Source: Euglena gracilis (lineage: Eukaryota). Taken from it: 64,000 bases of DNA. Both the position numbers and the translations under genes were made by a program. The stretch covers positions 17,390,589 through 17,454,588 of the forward strand of contig CP154954.1 of the NCBI GenBank assembly GCA_039621445.1, read 5' to 3'. This document shows, piece by piece, positions 12,552 through 24,885 of this stretch. Under the pieces are notes generated by a model. The model made no database searches. It saw only the letters and a program-made list of their open reading frames with translations, and was not told the DNA's origin. The first letter of the stretch is position 1. The number at the start of each line of letters is the position of its first letter.

Positions 12552-15500
12552 ATGGATCCCAACCCATTCCAAGCACCCACGGAGCTTCCCAGGGCCTCCG
12601 TGGGGGCTGAGCCCACCCGCGCACCCCCCCTCGCCGGATCCGTGACCCGGGACCCACCCTGCCGGAACCCCAGCGAGACCGGGACCCCCCCTGGGAAACT
12701 GGTAGCAGAGGCTTACGACCCTACCCCACACAACAACCCATTCCTCGCGGCCCACTCTGAGGTGAACCTTCAGATCACCGGCCGAGGCCCAGCACTCGGC
12801 GACCGCACCCCAGCGATGCCTGCAATCCCCTACGGGGGCCCCCCATCACATCTCCGTGGTAGCCCCCACGGGGATGCCCAATGCACAGCCCTAGCCCTGC
12901 TGTCCCCAAGTACAAATGATTTTGATCTCGATAGCCCTCGGGATCGAACCCCCACCCCACGGAAAGGAAAGTCAACCGGAAATACCCTTTTCCCCCCGTT
13001 CCCATCGCTCGATGAAGCCCCATCAGTGCTGCCTCCACCCTTCTCCCCCACCGACTCCGACCCAAACCATCCCTCCATCTTCTCCATCCGTCCCCCACCC
13101 TCCTCCTCATACACCCCACATCCCCCATCCTTCAGCCCTCATCCCCCATCCTACTCCTCCCCGACATCCGACGTCCCGGACCCAACCGACGGACCGCAGC
13201 CCCCCCAAGGGAGCCGAGACATGGGGCTGCGGACCCCGTTCTCCTCTGGGGCCACTCCCCGGCCCCAGAAGGTCCCGGGACTCTCCCCAGAGGAAGGGGG
13301 AGCAGAGGAGACGGACGAGCAGGAGCAGTGGGAGGAACAACGGTGGGAACCATGGGGGTCTGAAGGAGGATGGTGGCCTACTGAGGGTGACTACAAGCAG
13401 GACGAGATGTTCAACGACATCAAGGCGACGGCGGCACAACAACAACAAGACATCGAGACAGTCAAACGACAAATCACCGCATGCGACACCGCAGTCAATC
13501 TCGTGCGTGAGCAAGCAACCCGTGCGTATGACGTTTCGATGCGATGCGCGGCAGAGACTACAACGCTGCACGAAGCGGCGAGCGCCGCGCAAACCGCGAT
13601 CACACAGCACGAGGTTCGCTTCGCGATGGTGGAACGAGATGTCCAAGGGTTGAAGGAGCAGATCAAGACCGAAGCGGCTTCATCGTCCTCCAAAGGTGCA
13701 ACCGTCGACGCCGCGACAATCCACACTATCAGCAAACACGATGCGCGAATCACCGTCGTCGAAAGCGAGGTTCAAATGGTGAAGGAGCAGATCAAGATGG
13801 AGACAACAACACGAAACAGCGACATCCGGTCCCTAGTGGAAATGATGCGGCGCGAACACGAGCAACAAGCAGCAAAAGGATCACCAAAACCGCAACAACC
13901 TATCCAGAACCCGGAGATGGAGGTGGCAATGAACAGAATGACAGTGCGGATCCAAGAAATCGAACAATCGAAAGACCGACTGAAACGGGCGACGGTGGAG
14001 GAAGTGACGGTCATCAAGAAGGAGGTGGAGGCGATGAAACAAGCACAGCAGACACAGGTGGCGGTGATGGCGAAGGAGATCCAGGAGATGAAGCAAAAAC
14101 AACAGACATCGCAACCCCAACAACCGACCACATCCGACACTCTCATCCAGGATCTGATCTTCAAGGTGCAGGCCCTCGAGCAGAACAACAAGCAGTTCAA
14201 ACGCGAGACGACGGAGTACATCCGGAAGCTCGAGATCCAGGTGCACGACTTCCACCACCTTGGGGCCAGGGTACAAGCCCTGGAGACCTCCATGGCCCGA
14301 TCCAAAGATGAGAAGGACAGAGACCTTCTCCGGCTGAGCAAGAAGGTCGAGGTGGCGGACGAAGCACTGGCAAGGGCCATGGAGCGGGTGGAGAACAAGA
14401 TGCACGAGGAGATCAAACGACTTCAACTTCCACAACAACCACTCCAATCAACGGAAGAGGTGGAGGACGGCATCCGACAGCTGCGGGAGAGAGTGCTCCA
14501 TGGAGAGGGAGCGTTCTCCAAGGCCATCAAGGAGACAAAGACACAGCTCAGGGAAATACAGAGGGACATCCAGCTAATCCGGCAACAATCACGCCCCAAT
14601 GTGAGCAGCAGTGAACAGATGGAGCGAGAAGTGCAAGATCTGGCGAGACAAGTCGCACGGCTACAGCTCAGCACAACAACGCCCATCCAGGAACCACACA
14701 TCCCCCGTGAAGAAGTCCGTCAACGTGCAGAGGTCCACACATTCCCGTCCCAACCGTACCCAGAAATACAAGCACGACAACAATCTTCGGTTGCGGTGCG
14801 ACCGGAGCTCAGGTTGGCAAGAAAGAGCACGCGATCAATGGTGCAAAGTGAAGCAGTGACATCAATCCCAGTACAAACAGTGATGCCAATGACGCAAGTG
14901 ACACAGCCACCCAGGAGCACAACCGGAACGGCGGTGCGGGGGGTGGAAGTGACCATCGCCCCAGTGCAAGCACACACCGTCAGTCCACAACTCCAACTCC
15001 TACCCCCACAACTCCTGGAGTCCATCAGCGGCAGACATCCCGGAAGGTTCAGCGGGATTGCAGAGGACTGGCCAATGTGGAGAAGAAAGTGGATTCCGTT
15101 TCTACGAGAAACGGAAGGGCTGATGCCAGCAATGACCGATGCACAGCGATTGGCGTTGCTGCTGCGAAGTGCACTCGACGAGGCCGGGGCTCTCCTGGTG
15201 GACCAGGAGCTGGAAGCCAATCCGGACCTCGGGTACGAAGAGTACTGGGCGCGCCTCGACCTGGAGTTCGGGGCGGAAGACAAGGAGGTCCTCCGCCGCA
15301 AGCTCCACCGGCTGAAGATGGCGCATGCGGGCAAGCCAACAGAGAAGTCGTGGCGTGAGCTCTACGCACAGATGATGACCCTGGGTGGGCAACTTGGCGA
15401 TGTCAGTGATGCAGAACTGAGTCGCCTGTTGATGAATGCGATCCCAAGGGATCCGTGGCGAAGGAAGCTGGCGATGGAGGAGGACAAAAGGACAGAGAGG

Positions 15501-16350
15501 GGCACCTTGGTGCTCGATGGGCTGCCAATCGATGTGGCCACAGAGGAGGTGGAGAACATGGTGCTGGCGGAGACCGGGCTGAGACCACTTGCCGTGCGAC
15601 GGTTCGGCAAGCGAGTGAAGGTGACGCCGCAAGGGGAAGAGCATCGGCATGCCATCAAAATGCTCTATGACCGGCAGCGGCTCCAAGGCGGGAGCGTTGT
15701 CAAGGTCTCCCCGGACAATGCGGAGTTGGGGCCAAAAGAAATCAACGAGCTGATGACTCGTTGGCTCCGAACGGAGCAGCGGATCGCCAACGCGCCCGAG
15801 CCGCAGCAAATCTCCGGCCCCCAAAGGCAAGACCATCGGCCACAGCCGCGGTGGCACCGGGAAGTGGATGCAGAGTGGGATGGTGCGGAAGAAGAAGAGG
15901 AAGAAGCTGTCCGGCAAGTGGGCAAGGGAAACAAACGGCAAGATAAGAGGCCCCCGACACCTCCAAAGGTGTCTGAGAAGAAGGAGGAGCAACCGACAAG
16001 CACGGTGCAACCCGGACCACAGCCCACCCAAAGTGCACCGTCACCGCCACCGGCGGTGAAGGGAGGAGATCGATCGACAACCAGAGTGGTCATCATCGGG
16101 ACAGTGGCAGAATGCCCCGTACCAAGGCGGAGCGTCGTGGAACAACTCATGGGATGCCAAAGGCAAGGGAAAAGGCAACCCACAATGGTCAAAGGGAGGA
16201 GATGGCAAAGGTGGTGGACAAGACAAGGGTGGCAAAGGCAAAGGCGATGAGAAAGGCAAGAGCAAAGGAAAGGGAGATGGAAAAGGCAAAGGAGGAAAAG
16301 ACGGCGGCCGAGGGAGGAGTGTCGCCGCAGTGGAGGAGTGGGAGGAGTGA
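12552..16350 (+). CDS. gag: Gag-like protein (Pro-rich N-terminus, coiled coil, capsid-like domain, GKG-rich tail)
   Basis: 1232-aa ORF with capsid-like PGRFSGIAEDWPMWRRKW. A GATC duplication at ~16068-16075 shifts the frame. Removing it continues as QPEWSSSGQW...KGKGKG...GGRGRSVAAVEEWEE to TGA at 16348-16350. Confidence 0.75.
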
Positions 16351-16859
16351 AGGGGCCGCCCAGGCCCCAGGGGAGGAGGCCTGGGCAGGCAGTCAAAACC
16401 CCGAGCCGGAGACCGGCAAGAGGAAGTGCACGAGGTGAGAACCGTGCAGGTGTGCTCCACCACCCTGTCCAGGCATCGAGAGGAGGAAGGATGGCAGGTG
16501 GTGGAGAAAAAGAAAAGAAACCGCAAGCCAAGACAATCACCTCCGATGACACAACCCGACAAGGATCAAGGCGCAAAGGGAAGGAAGGAAGAAGGGGAGA
16601 GATCTATGCCAAGGAAATGGCAAAGATCAACAACGAAGAACAACAACCACTCCAAGGGAAAAGGAAGTAAGAAGGAGGAACGACAACCTCATCGCGACAA
16701 CCACCTCAAGGGTCAACATCTACCACACAACACCCTCCCCGCGACACCAACCGGCATCCACAACAAGAAAAGCAACACCTACCCCAAAGAAAGCAACATC
16801 CACTGCGCGACACCGACCGGCATCCACCACAAGAAGAGCACCCAAGAAGCCTAACAGCC

Positions 16860-18170
16860 ATGCAACAGCCCGACAACAAGCGACACGAAACCCGGCAGCC
16901 ACCCCACGAGCATCATCCGCCACAAGAACCGCCATCTCCACCCCAACTTCCCCATCATCAACAGCTCCCACCAGAACGCTCCTCTAACCCGCTGCAGCCA
17001 CCCCACGAGCATCATCCGCCACAAGAACCGCCATCTCCACCCCAGCATCTCCACCATCGACATCTCCCACCAGAACGGACATGCAACCCGCAGCAGCCAC
17101 CCCACGAGCGTCATCATCCACAAGAACCGTCATCCCCACCCCAACATCCCCTCCAACGACATCTCCCACCAGAACGGACATCCGAACCCCGACCCCGACT
17201 GCAGCCGCCGCCACTAGAACCGACACCATCATCCAAGCTGCATCCTCCCCAACGACCACTCCCACCAGAACCTTCATCTTCACCGCAACAACTACCTCGA
17301 CAGCAGCTACCCCACAAACCCGCATCATCATCAGAGCGACATCTACTCCAACGTCAACATCCACCAGAACCTTCATCTTCTCCACAGCATCCACCATCGC
17401 CGCTGCCGCCACGAGAACCGACTCCATCATCTAAGCCACATCCACACCAACCACAACTCCCACGAGAACCTTCATCCACATCACGACATCCGTCATCGCA
17501 GCCGCCGCCACGAGAACTGTCTTCATCTTTGCAGCGACATCCACCCCAACATTATCGCCCACCAGAACCTTCATCTTCTTCGCGACACCCACCTTCGCGG
17601 CTGCCACCACGAGAACCGTCTCCGTCATCTCAGCGACACCCACACCAACTTCATCGCCCACAGGAACCGTTATCTCCTCCGCAACATCCACAATCGCTAC
17701 AACCGCCACGAGAACCGATTTCGTCATCTCAACAGCATCCACATCAACCACAACTCCCACCAGGACCGTCATCTGCATCACCACAACAGCTACCTCTGGA
17801 ATCGTCATCAAAGCGACATCCTCATCAACGATATCACCCACGGGAACCGTCATCTACTTCGCGACATCCACTGCCACTACAGCCGCCACTCGAACCGCCA
17901 TCATCATCACAAGGAAACACCCCGCTACCACTCCCACAAGAACCTTCATCTTCGTCTCAGCATCCACCTCAACAACAACCTCCACTGGAACCGACTTCTA
18001 CATCGCCGCATCCCCACCAACAACACCAACCACCAAGCGATTCCCAGCATCAACCACAACCGCCTCAAGAAGGATCAAGGCAACATCTACCACAAGAAAC
18101 ACCGCATCCACATCCAACATCCAGCAACATCGCCCAAGCCACATCCACATCCGTGCCTCCAGACTCAGTG
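16860..18170 (+). repeat. Degenerate coding tandem repeat (P/Q/H/S-rich spacer, PPxEPSSSxxH units)
   Basis: About 430 codons of related units in frame with the DNMT domain. The frame is open from 16671. Confidence 0.8.
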
Positions 18171-18212
18171 ACGCCAGAAGAAAAAGAGAAGCACCAGCAG
18201 AGCCGCGGACGC

Positions 18213-18820
18213 GAGCTCTGGGCACTGGACCTGTTCTCCGGGACAGGCAGTGTCCGCCGGGCCCTGGAGGCACTGGGTTACCATGTCGTGAGTGTCGACT
18301 GGGACTCCCGGTGGCACCCCGATGTGGTGGCGGACATCCGGCGATGGGAGTACTGGCAGCAGTATTCCCCGGGTGACTTCGATCTGGTGGCAGCATCCCC
18401 ACCATGCACCGAGTACTCATCGGCAATGACGACAAGGCCGAGGCGGTTGAGGGAAGCAGATGCGGTGGTGAGGAAGACAAGGGAGATCATCCAGTACCTC
18501 GCTCCGGCGAAGTGGTGGATCGAGAATCCCCGGCACGGGCTGCTCCGCAGGAGGCGAGTAGTCCGAGACCTGGCCTTCGTGGACCTCGACTACTGCATGT
18601 TTGAAGACTTCGGCTACCGGAAGCCCACCCGGTTCTGGTTACCGAAGGAGATGGCCAGGGATCTCACCAACGTGTTGTGCGATGGCCGATGCAAAAGCTC
18701 GGTGCAAGGGGACAAAGGAAGACGGCGCCACCGGTTCCAGCTGGGAGGCAGGTGCCCCCACAGAGTGTCACGAGAGGAGGCGTACAGAATCCCAAGCGGC
18801 GTGGTGGAGTACCTGTGCCA
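18213..18820 (+). CDS. C5-cytosine DNA methyltransferase domain within the Gypsy polyprotein
   Basis: Motif I LDLFSGTGS (~18225-18251), SVD, ADI, motif IV ASPPCTEYS (catalytic Cys 18405-18407), motif VI WWIENP (ENP 18522-18530), DYCMF, motif VIII-like YRKPTRFW and a C-terminal AYRIP. In frame with the protease ALIDTGA. Confidence 0.9.
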
Positions 18821-18949
18821 AGGCACAGGACCACAAGCAGCGAAGCAGAAGGAGCAGTGTCCAACAGCCAAAGTGCAAGAGGTGACCATCAAGCCGTGGC
18901 ACGTAAAGCCGGCCCGCTTTCGAGTGGGCAGGATGCAAAGGAGAGGAGG

Positions 18950-19320
18950 CGGATGCCAGCTGCTGCTGGAAGTGACCGTGGAAGCCAATGGTGAGTGCTA
19001 CCAAGCAAAAGCGCTCATCGACACCGGAGCCCAGACGTCTCTCTGCCGGAGGGACCTGCTGCCAGAAGCCTGCTTCACGCAGTCCAGCAAGCCGCTGCTG
19101 CTCAAGACAGTGAGTGGCGAAGAGCTCAACGGAGGGAAGAACGAGGCCACCCTCACACTCTCCTTCGAGGCAAGGAGTGAACCGAAGAGGGCGTGCCAGT
19201 GGGCAGCCAGTGGAGCAGCACCGTCACCGCACACGACGGGGACATCGGCTGCGACCTCATCCTCGGATATCCGTGGTTGAAGGTCAATCGCCTCGACGTG
19301 CAGCCGTGGAGAGATGCACT
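18950..19320 (+). CDS. Retropepsin-type aspartic protease
   Basis: KALIDTGAQTSL (DTG ~19020-19028) and C-terminal DLILGYPWL, separated by a one-base frameshift near 19180-19200. Confidence 0.85.
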
Positions 19321-21947
19321 CCAGCTGCATGATCCGCCACGGTGGGTGCTGTGGGCGCAAAAGAACAGCACCGTCCAAGGACAAGGAAGATCGACAGCAG
19401 CAGTGGTCACCCAGCAAGAGCCGCAACCACACCCAGCATCCTCAACCCAACATCCCCTCCAGCAACCCCTGTCATCAACGGCAACAACACATCAAGAGGA
19501 AGAAGAGTGTCTGTGGGAAGAAGAAGAAGATGTGGAGGAGCAAATGCTGGCATTGGTGCAGAAGATGCGGATGTGCATTCCCGGAGAGATCCATGAAGCC
19601 GAGGAGGATGAAGGTGCGTCGGATGAGGAGATCTCCGACAACGAGGCACTCCAGGAAGCAGCAAGACACATCCTCCAAGTGCAGGGTGAGCAGGTGGAAA
19701 TCAGAGGCGTGGTGCAGTCAGACGACGAGCATCCAGATCCACTGGCATCCAAGCTCCGGCAAGAAATCCTGGATGAATACGCAGGACGCGTCTTCCGNNN
19801 NNNNNNNNNNNNNNNNNNNNNNNNNNNNNNNNNAAAAAAAAAAAACGTGCTCAGGCTGAAGCCAGGAGCAGTGCCAGTGGTGGGCAGAGTGATCCACCTG
19901 AGAGGAGAAAGGCATGATGCCCTGAGGGAAATGGAGGTAGAGTGCCGGAAGGACGGCAAGCTGGAACCCGGGAGGGGACCGTGGAGAGCAGCCGCCTTCC
20001 CAATAGAAAAGAAAAGCGGGAAGTGGAGACTGGTGTGCGATTACGCGCTCACCAACAAGCAGCTGCAGCCGGACAGCTACCCGCTGCCCCTCACCGAGGA
20101 GATCGTGGCCGAGCAAGCAAGATGTGAGCTGTTCAGCACAGTGGACCTCCGGGATGCCTTCCATCAAGTCGCCCTTGACGCCGAGTCCCGGCCAATCACC
20201 AACATCCAAATGCCGGGCGGCCTGTGGCAGTGGACTGTGGTCCCACAAGGGATCAATGTGGGCCCGGCACTGCTGCAACGGGACATCGATGCGACGTGTG
20301 CCGGACTGCAAAGGCACTCAAGGCCGTACTTTGATGACATCATCATCTGCACCAAAAGAAAAGTCGGCCAATCGGAAGAAGACTTCCTGAAGGCCCATGC
20401 CGCAGATGTCCGGGAGACGCTGGCAGCGCTCGAGCGCGACAAGTGGGTCTCGGACCCCAAGAAGGTGAAGCTGTTCATGCGCCGAGTGGAGTTTGTCGGC
20501 CATGTGCTGGGAGGAGGAAGAAGGTCACCAGCCCCAGGGAAGCTGGCAGCTGTCCAGAAGTGGGAGTTGCCCAAGAACGTCTCCAGCCTCCGGGCATTTT
20601 TGGGGCTGTGCAATTATTACAGCGGATACGTGCGAATGTTCGCCGAATATGCGGCACCGCTGCAGGAAAAGCTGAAGTTGCCCCGGGAGCTCGCCAAAGC
20701 AGGCAGCAAACACCCGGTGACATGGACCAAGGAGGAAGAGAAGGCATTCGAGCGCCTGAAGCAGGCACTCGTGGCGGACCTCGAGCTGTACCACATGGAC
20801 CCCACCAAGGCGTTTGTCCTTCGGACAGATGCATCGGACTATGCGGTGGGTGCGGCGCTGGAGCAGTTCCCACTGGTGGAAGGACTCCCGTCCCTCGCGG
20901 ACATCAAGCCAGGTGCCTCCATCCCCGTGGCCTTCATGAGCCGCAAGCTCACCGATGGCCAACGGCAGAAGTGGGACACCAGGGACAAGGAGACGTATGC
21001 AATCGTCTCCGCCCTGGACAAGTGGGCGCCGTACATTCTGGACAACGAGGTGCTGGTGCTGACAGACCACAAGAGCCTACAAGGGTGGTACAAAGAGCAT
21101 GTCGCAGGAGTCGGCCCACAAGGCCGCCGAGCAAGGTGGCATGCAAAGCTCAACAACTTCCGGCTGGAAGTCATCCATGTGCCAGGCCAAGCAAACACCA
21201 TCGGAGATGCGCTCTCAAGATGGGCATATCCCGCCAGCCAAGGCTTCAAGGACATCACCTGGCATGGCACCGATCAAGACACGAAAGAAATGCAAAAGCA
21301 AATCCAGAAGGAGAAGGAAGAGGAGAGATCGTGTCCAAAGGCCACTCACCCAATCGACACAGCCACCGAAGAAAAGCAAGTATGCATCATACGACACAAG
21401 CACAAAAACACCGAGAACACCGAAGTGGCAGTGACCACCCGAGCACAGATGAAAAAGAACCAGGCAGCACCAACAGCCAAGGGGTCCACCGACATGGAGA
21501 CGCCAAGCCCAGCACATCAAGGCACAGCAAGACCCACCAGACCCACCAGAGAAGAAAGCAGAATGCCAAAGAAAAACGAAAAGCCAGCAGTCCCACAGAC
21601 CAGCAGCAAATCAGCCAAGGACTCAGTGGAGGACGAGGAGGACGTGGTGGAAATCACAGCACCCACAGCAGAAACACCCAAGGAAAAGGATGCCACAACA
21701 TCAACCGCCGACCCAACAACCTCATCACCCCATCAACATCCCGACACCTCTATCATGCAGCCGCAACCTCCGTCTTCCAGCATCCCAGCACCCTTACCAT
21801 CCTCATCATCACCCGACATCCCAACATCCTCCCCAACCACATCTGCCCCTGATCATCCCATCACCGACCCCGCAGACGCCGAGGAGGACATCGACATCTA
21901 CACCATGGACTGGGGACCGCACTACGAGAAGTACCCCAGATGGCAAA
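19193..21947 (+). CDS. pol: Gypsy Pol: RT and RNase H
   Basis: WRLVCDYALTN, YPLP, VDLRDAFHQV, PQG, PYFDDIII (~20327-20338), VEFVGH, LRAFLGLCNYY, RTDASDYAVGA, KETYAIV, TDHKSL and NTIGDALSR. An N gap lies at 19798-19833. Confidence 0.95.
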
Positions 21948-24885
21948 CTGCTGCGATGGTCGTACCTGCAAACCCTGGCGGCCAAGGGGAAGAAGTTCCG
22001 GCTGGAGGGCCCCCCCGACACCGTCCTCCACGACCTCCGCCGGGCGCTGAACCAGTACACCGAGTGGGCAGCGCGCAGCAACCCCACCGACGCCACCTAC
22101 CTCCGGAAGCTGGGCGAGTGGGCCGACGCCGTGGAGGCCCGCTGCACCACCAACTGGCGGTGCTCGGCCGTCAGAGAAGAGCTGGTCCCCACCGGCTTCC
22201 CGGGCCTGTCACAGCAAATGCGGGAGGCCCACCAGGTCCTCGTCTTCCTCCACGACGACCGGGCCCCCCACGGCCTGATGTTCGTTTGCAAGCGCTGGTA
22301 CCAGAAGCAGATGGCCACCTACCTGGCGGACTCCACCGTGTTCGAGGACGTGACCGACACCTGGAGGGAGGTGGTTGCCCGGCTGTCGGAGGTCAACCAG
22401 CGGTTGCACTTCCCCACTGGCGCCGGTGTCGTCTACAACTACGGCATCTGGAAGCCAGCGAAGAAGAAGTTCCGGTTCATTGCCGGGACCCGCAAGAACC
22501 CCGATCCCGACCCCGGGTCCCCCGCCCCCGCCTCTGAGTCCGCCCCCGCCTCCGCCCCCACCGCCTCCAAGGAGCCCCCCCGGCAGCCCCTCTATGCCCT
22601 GAGCAAGGCTTTGGTGTCGCTCCTGAAGCACATCGAGGTCGCCCTCCGGGAAAAGGACGAGCGGCGGCAACAGCAGGAGGGCATCAAGGCGTTCTGGGGA
22701 ATCGACAGCGTGGAGTCTTTCGTCCGGATGGTCCGAACCCACTCCAAGGACATCCTGGCGGGGGGCTTGGAGACGGCGGACTTCACGACGATGTACACGG
22801 CCTTCACCTTCGACGCCATCATCGAGCGGACCATGGAGTCGGCCAAGGAGGCCTGGGCCTTCGTGCGGGAGACCAAGACCCCCGCTGGGGTGGACCCCGC
22901 CACCCCACCGTCCCTCACCACCGGCGGCTGGTCGTGGGATGGCCTCGGCTACTCCTTGGATGACCTGAAGGAGCTGGTGGCCGTGGCGGTGCAGAACAAC
23001 TACACCTGCAATGGCGGAAGGGTCCGGCGCCAGATCCGGGGCATGCCCATGGGCCTCCCCCCGGCCCCGCAGCTGGCCAACCTGGCCTGCTACCCCGTGG
23101 AGCGCGACCACATGTACGCCCTCCCTCCCCAGCTCCGGTCCTCCGCCGTGTCCCGATACATCGACGACATCGTCCACCCCACCACCATGCCCCTCCCCTC
23201 GGCAGCCGAGTACGGCATGGAGTACAAGACCACCGGCTCCGGCGAGTCCGTGGTGTGCCTGGGCGTCCGAGTGTACATCCAATGCCATTCCAACGGGGAC
23301 CGCGTGGTGCACACCACCGTCCACGACCGGGAGGAGGAGTACCCCCACCACATTGTTCGCTACCCCCTAGCCACCACCACCGCCCCCACCGAGCAGCTGG
23401 GCGGGGTCATCATGGGCCGCCTGGAGTTCGCCCGGATGGCCTGCAGCCACATGGGGGATTTCAAGCAGTCAGTGGCCAACGTCTTCCGCAACGCCATCTG
23501 GCGGGGGTACTCTCGCCGCCTGGTGCAATCGGTGTGGAGCCGCTTCCTCTTCCAGCGCTGGCATGCCGCCGACATCCGCGTCCGTGAGCTCCGCACCTGG
23601 TTTTCCAAGGTGTGGAAGTGGCTCCACTCCAGCCCCCACCGCGCTCCCCCAGCCCCATGGGCCACCGCCCTCCCCCTCGATGAGGCCCATGCCCCCTCCC
23701 AGGCCGACTTTCTCTCCGTCTTCGGCCACCCCGCACCCCTCCCCGGGGGCATCGACGACTTGCTGGCCGAGATGACGCCGCCCCCTTCCCCCTCCGCCTC
23801 CCATCCCTCCGACGTGGACGTGATGATCATCGACCGGGAGGCCCACGTGCGCCACGGCAAGCAGCAGGCCCCGAGAGGAGCGTCCCGATCCGTCCACTGG
23901 CCAGGGCTCAGAGAGGGGGACGCCCCAGAGGTGAGGTGCGCCCAATCCGTGAGCAGCAAGGGCAAGGACCCGGGGGTGATGCCGCCAAGGATCCCGCCCC
24001 CGGCGAGCCCGGGCGAGCCTCTACCAATCAGTCAAGAGGAGGGGGACGCCCCAAACAGCCGCAGCACCAGGCCGGCCCACACCGGGGCGGGGTTTACGCC
24101 GGGCAGTGAACCGGGGGTGACGCCGCCAAGGATCCCGCCCCCGGGGAGCCCGGGCGGGCCTGAGGACAGCGAGGGGGACGCCCCGAGCCACGGACTGGCC
24201 CACACCGTGACGGGGTTTACGTCGGGCTGTGAACTGGGGGTGACGCCGCCAAGGATCTCAGCCCCAGGGAGCCCGGGCGGGTCCGTGATCGTGCTGCCAG
24301 GACCGGCCTAAGAGCACGCGCGGGACGCCCCAAGCGACAGGCTGGCCCACACCGGAGCGGGGTTTACGCTGGGCGGTGAACCGGGGGTGACGCCGCCAAG
24401 GATCTCGCCCCCGGGGAGCCCGGGCGGGCCTGAGAGTTGCCAGCCCACGGCCATGGAGACAGAGACGGACGCCCTCGAGGGGGTTGCAGCGCAGCCAAGC
24501 ACCGCCTCCCAATCCCCCATCGCCCCAACGGCTCCCACAGCCTCCCAAGGCCCCCCTCTCTCCAACCCGGACTCCGCCTCCCCAACCCCATGCCTCCCCC
24601 CACCCACCCGTGAGGTCCTCCAGGAGCGGGTCGTCATCGTCGAGAGGCAGGTCCCCGTTCCCGTGCGGGAGCCTGTCTTCGTGGATCGGGTCATCGAGCG
24701 GGTCGTCCCTGTCCCCGTGCAAGTCCCCGTGGAGGTCCGGGTCCCCATGCCCGTCCCCGTCCCCGTGGAGGTCCGGGTTCCCGTCCCCATCTACCTCCCT
24801 CCCTCCGCGCCACAAGCCCCCTCCATCGTGCAGAATGTGCATCTCAACGCACTCACCATCGGCCCCTCCTCCTCCTCGTCTTCCT
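21948..24885 (+). mobile_element. Penelope-like element copy C, 5'-truncated (RT plus part of the C-terminal extension)
   Basis: TADFTTMYT, QIRGMPMGLPPAPQLANL and RYIDD (23157-23168). Near-identical in inverse to ~26078-29928. TAA at 24309-24311 where copies B and D read TCA. Confidence 0.9.

Larger units (their letters stand above)
11934..21947 (+). mobile_element. Ty3/Gypsy LTR retrotransposon encoding a cytosine methyltransferase; integrase and 3' LTR missing
   Basis: Order is Gag - P/Q/H/S-rich spacer - DNMT - protease - RT - RNase H, then a junction to a Penelope-like element at 21948. The 5' boundary (TGTTGATG at 11934) is tentative because there is no second LTR to compare. Confidence 0.85.

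Noticed and set aside
16600-16860. Programmed frameshift between the post-Gag frame and the DNMT frame (and at ~19190 in the protease)
   Set aside because: No convincing slippery site with a downstream structure. This copy has other indels, so mutation or assembly error is equally likely.
19193-24311. Apparent Gypsy-PLE fusion proteins (ORFs 19193-22537 and 21690-24311)
   Set aside because: Both simply read across the insertion junction at 21948, and the parts beyond the junction are off-frame.
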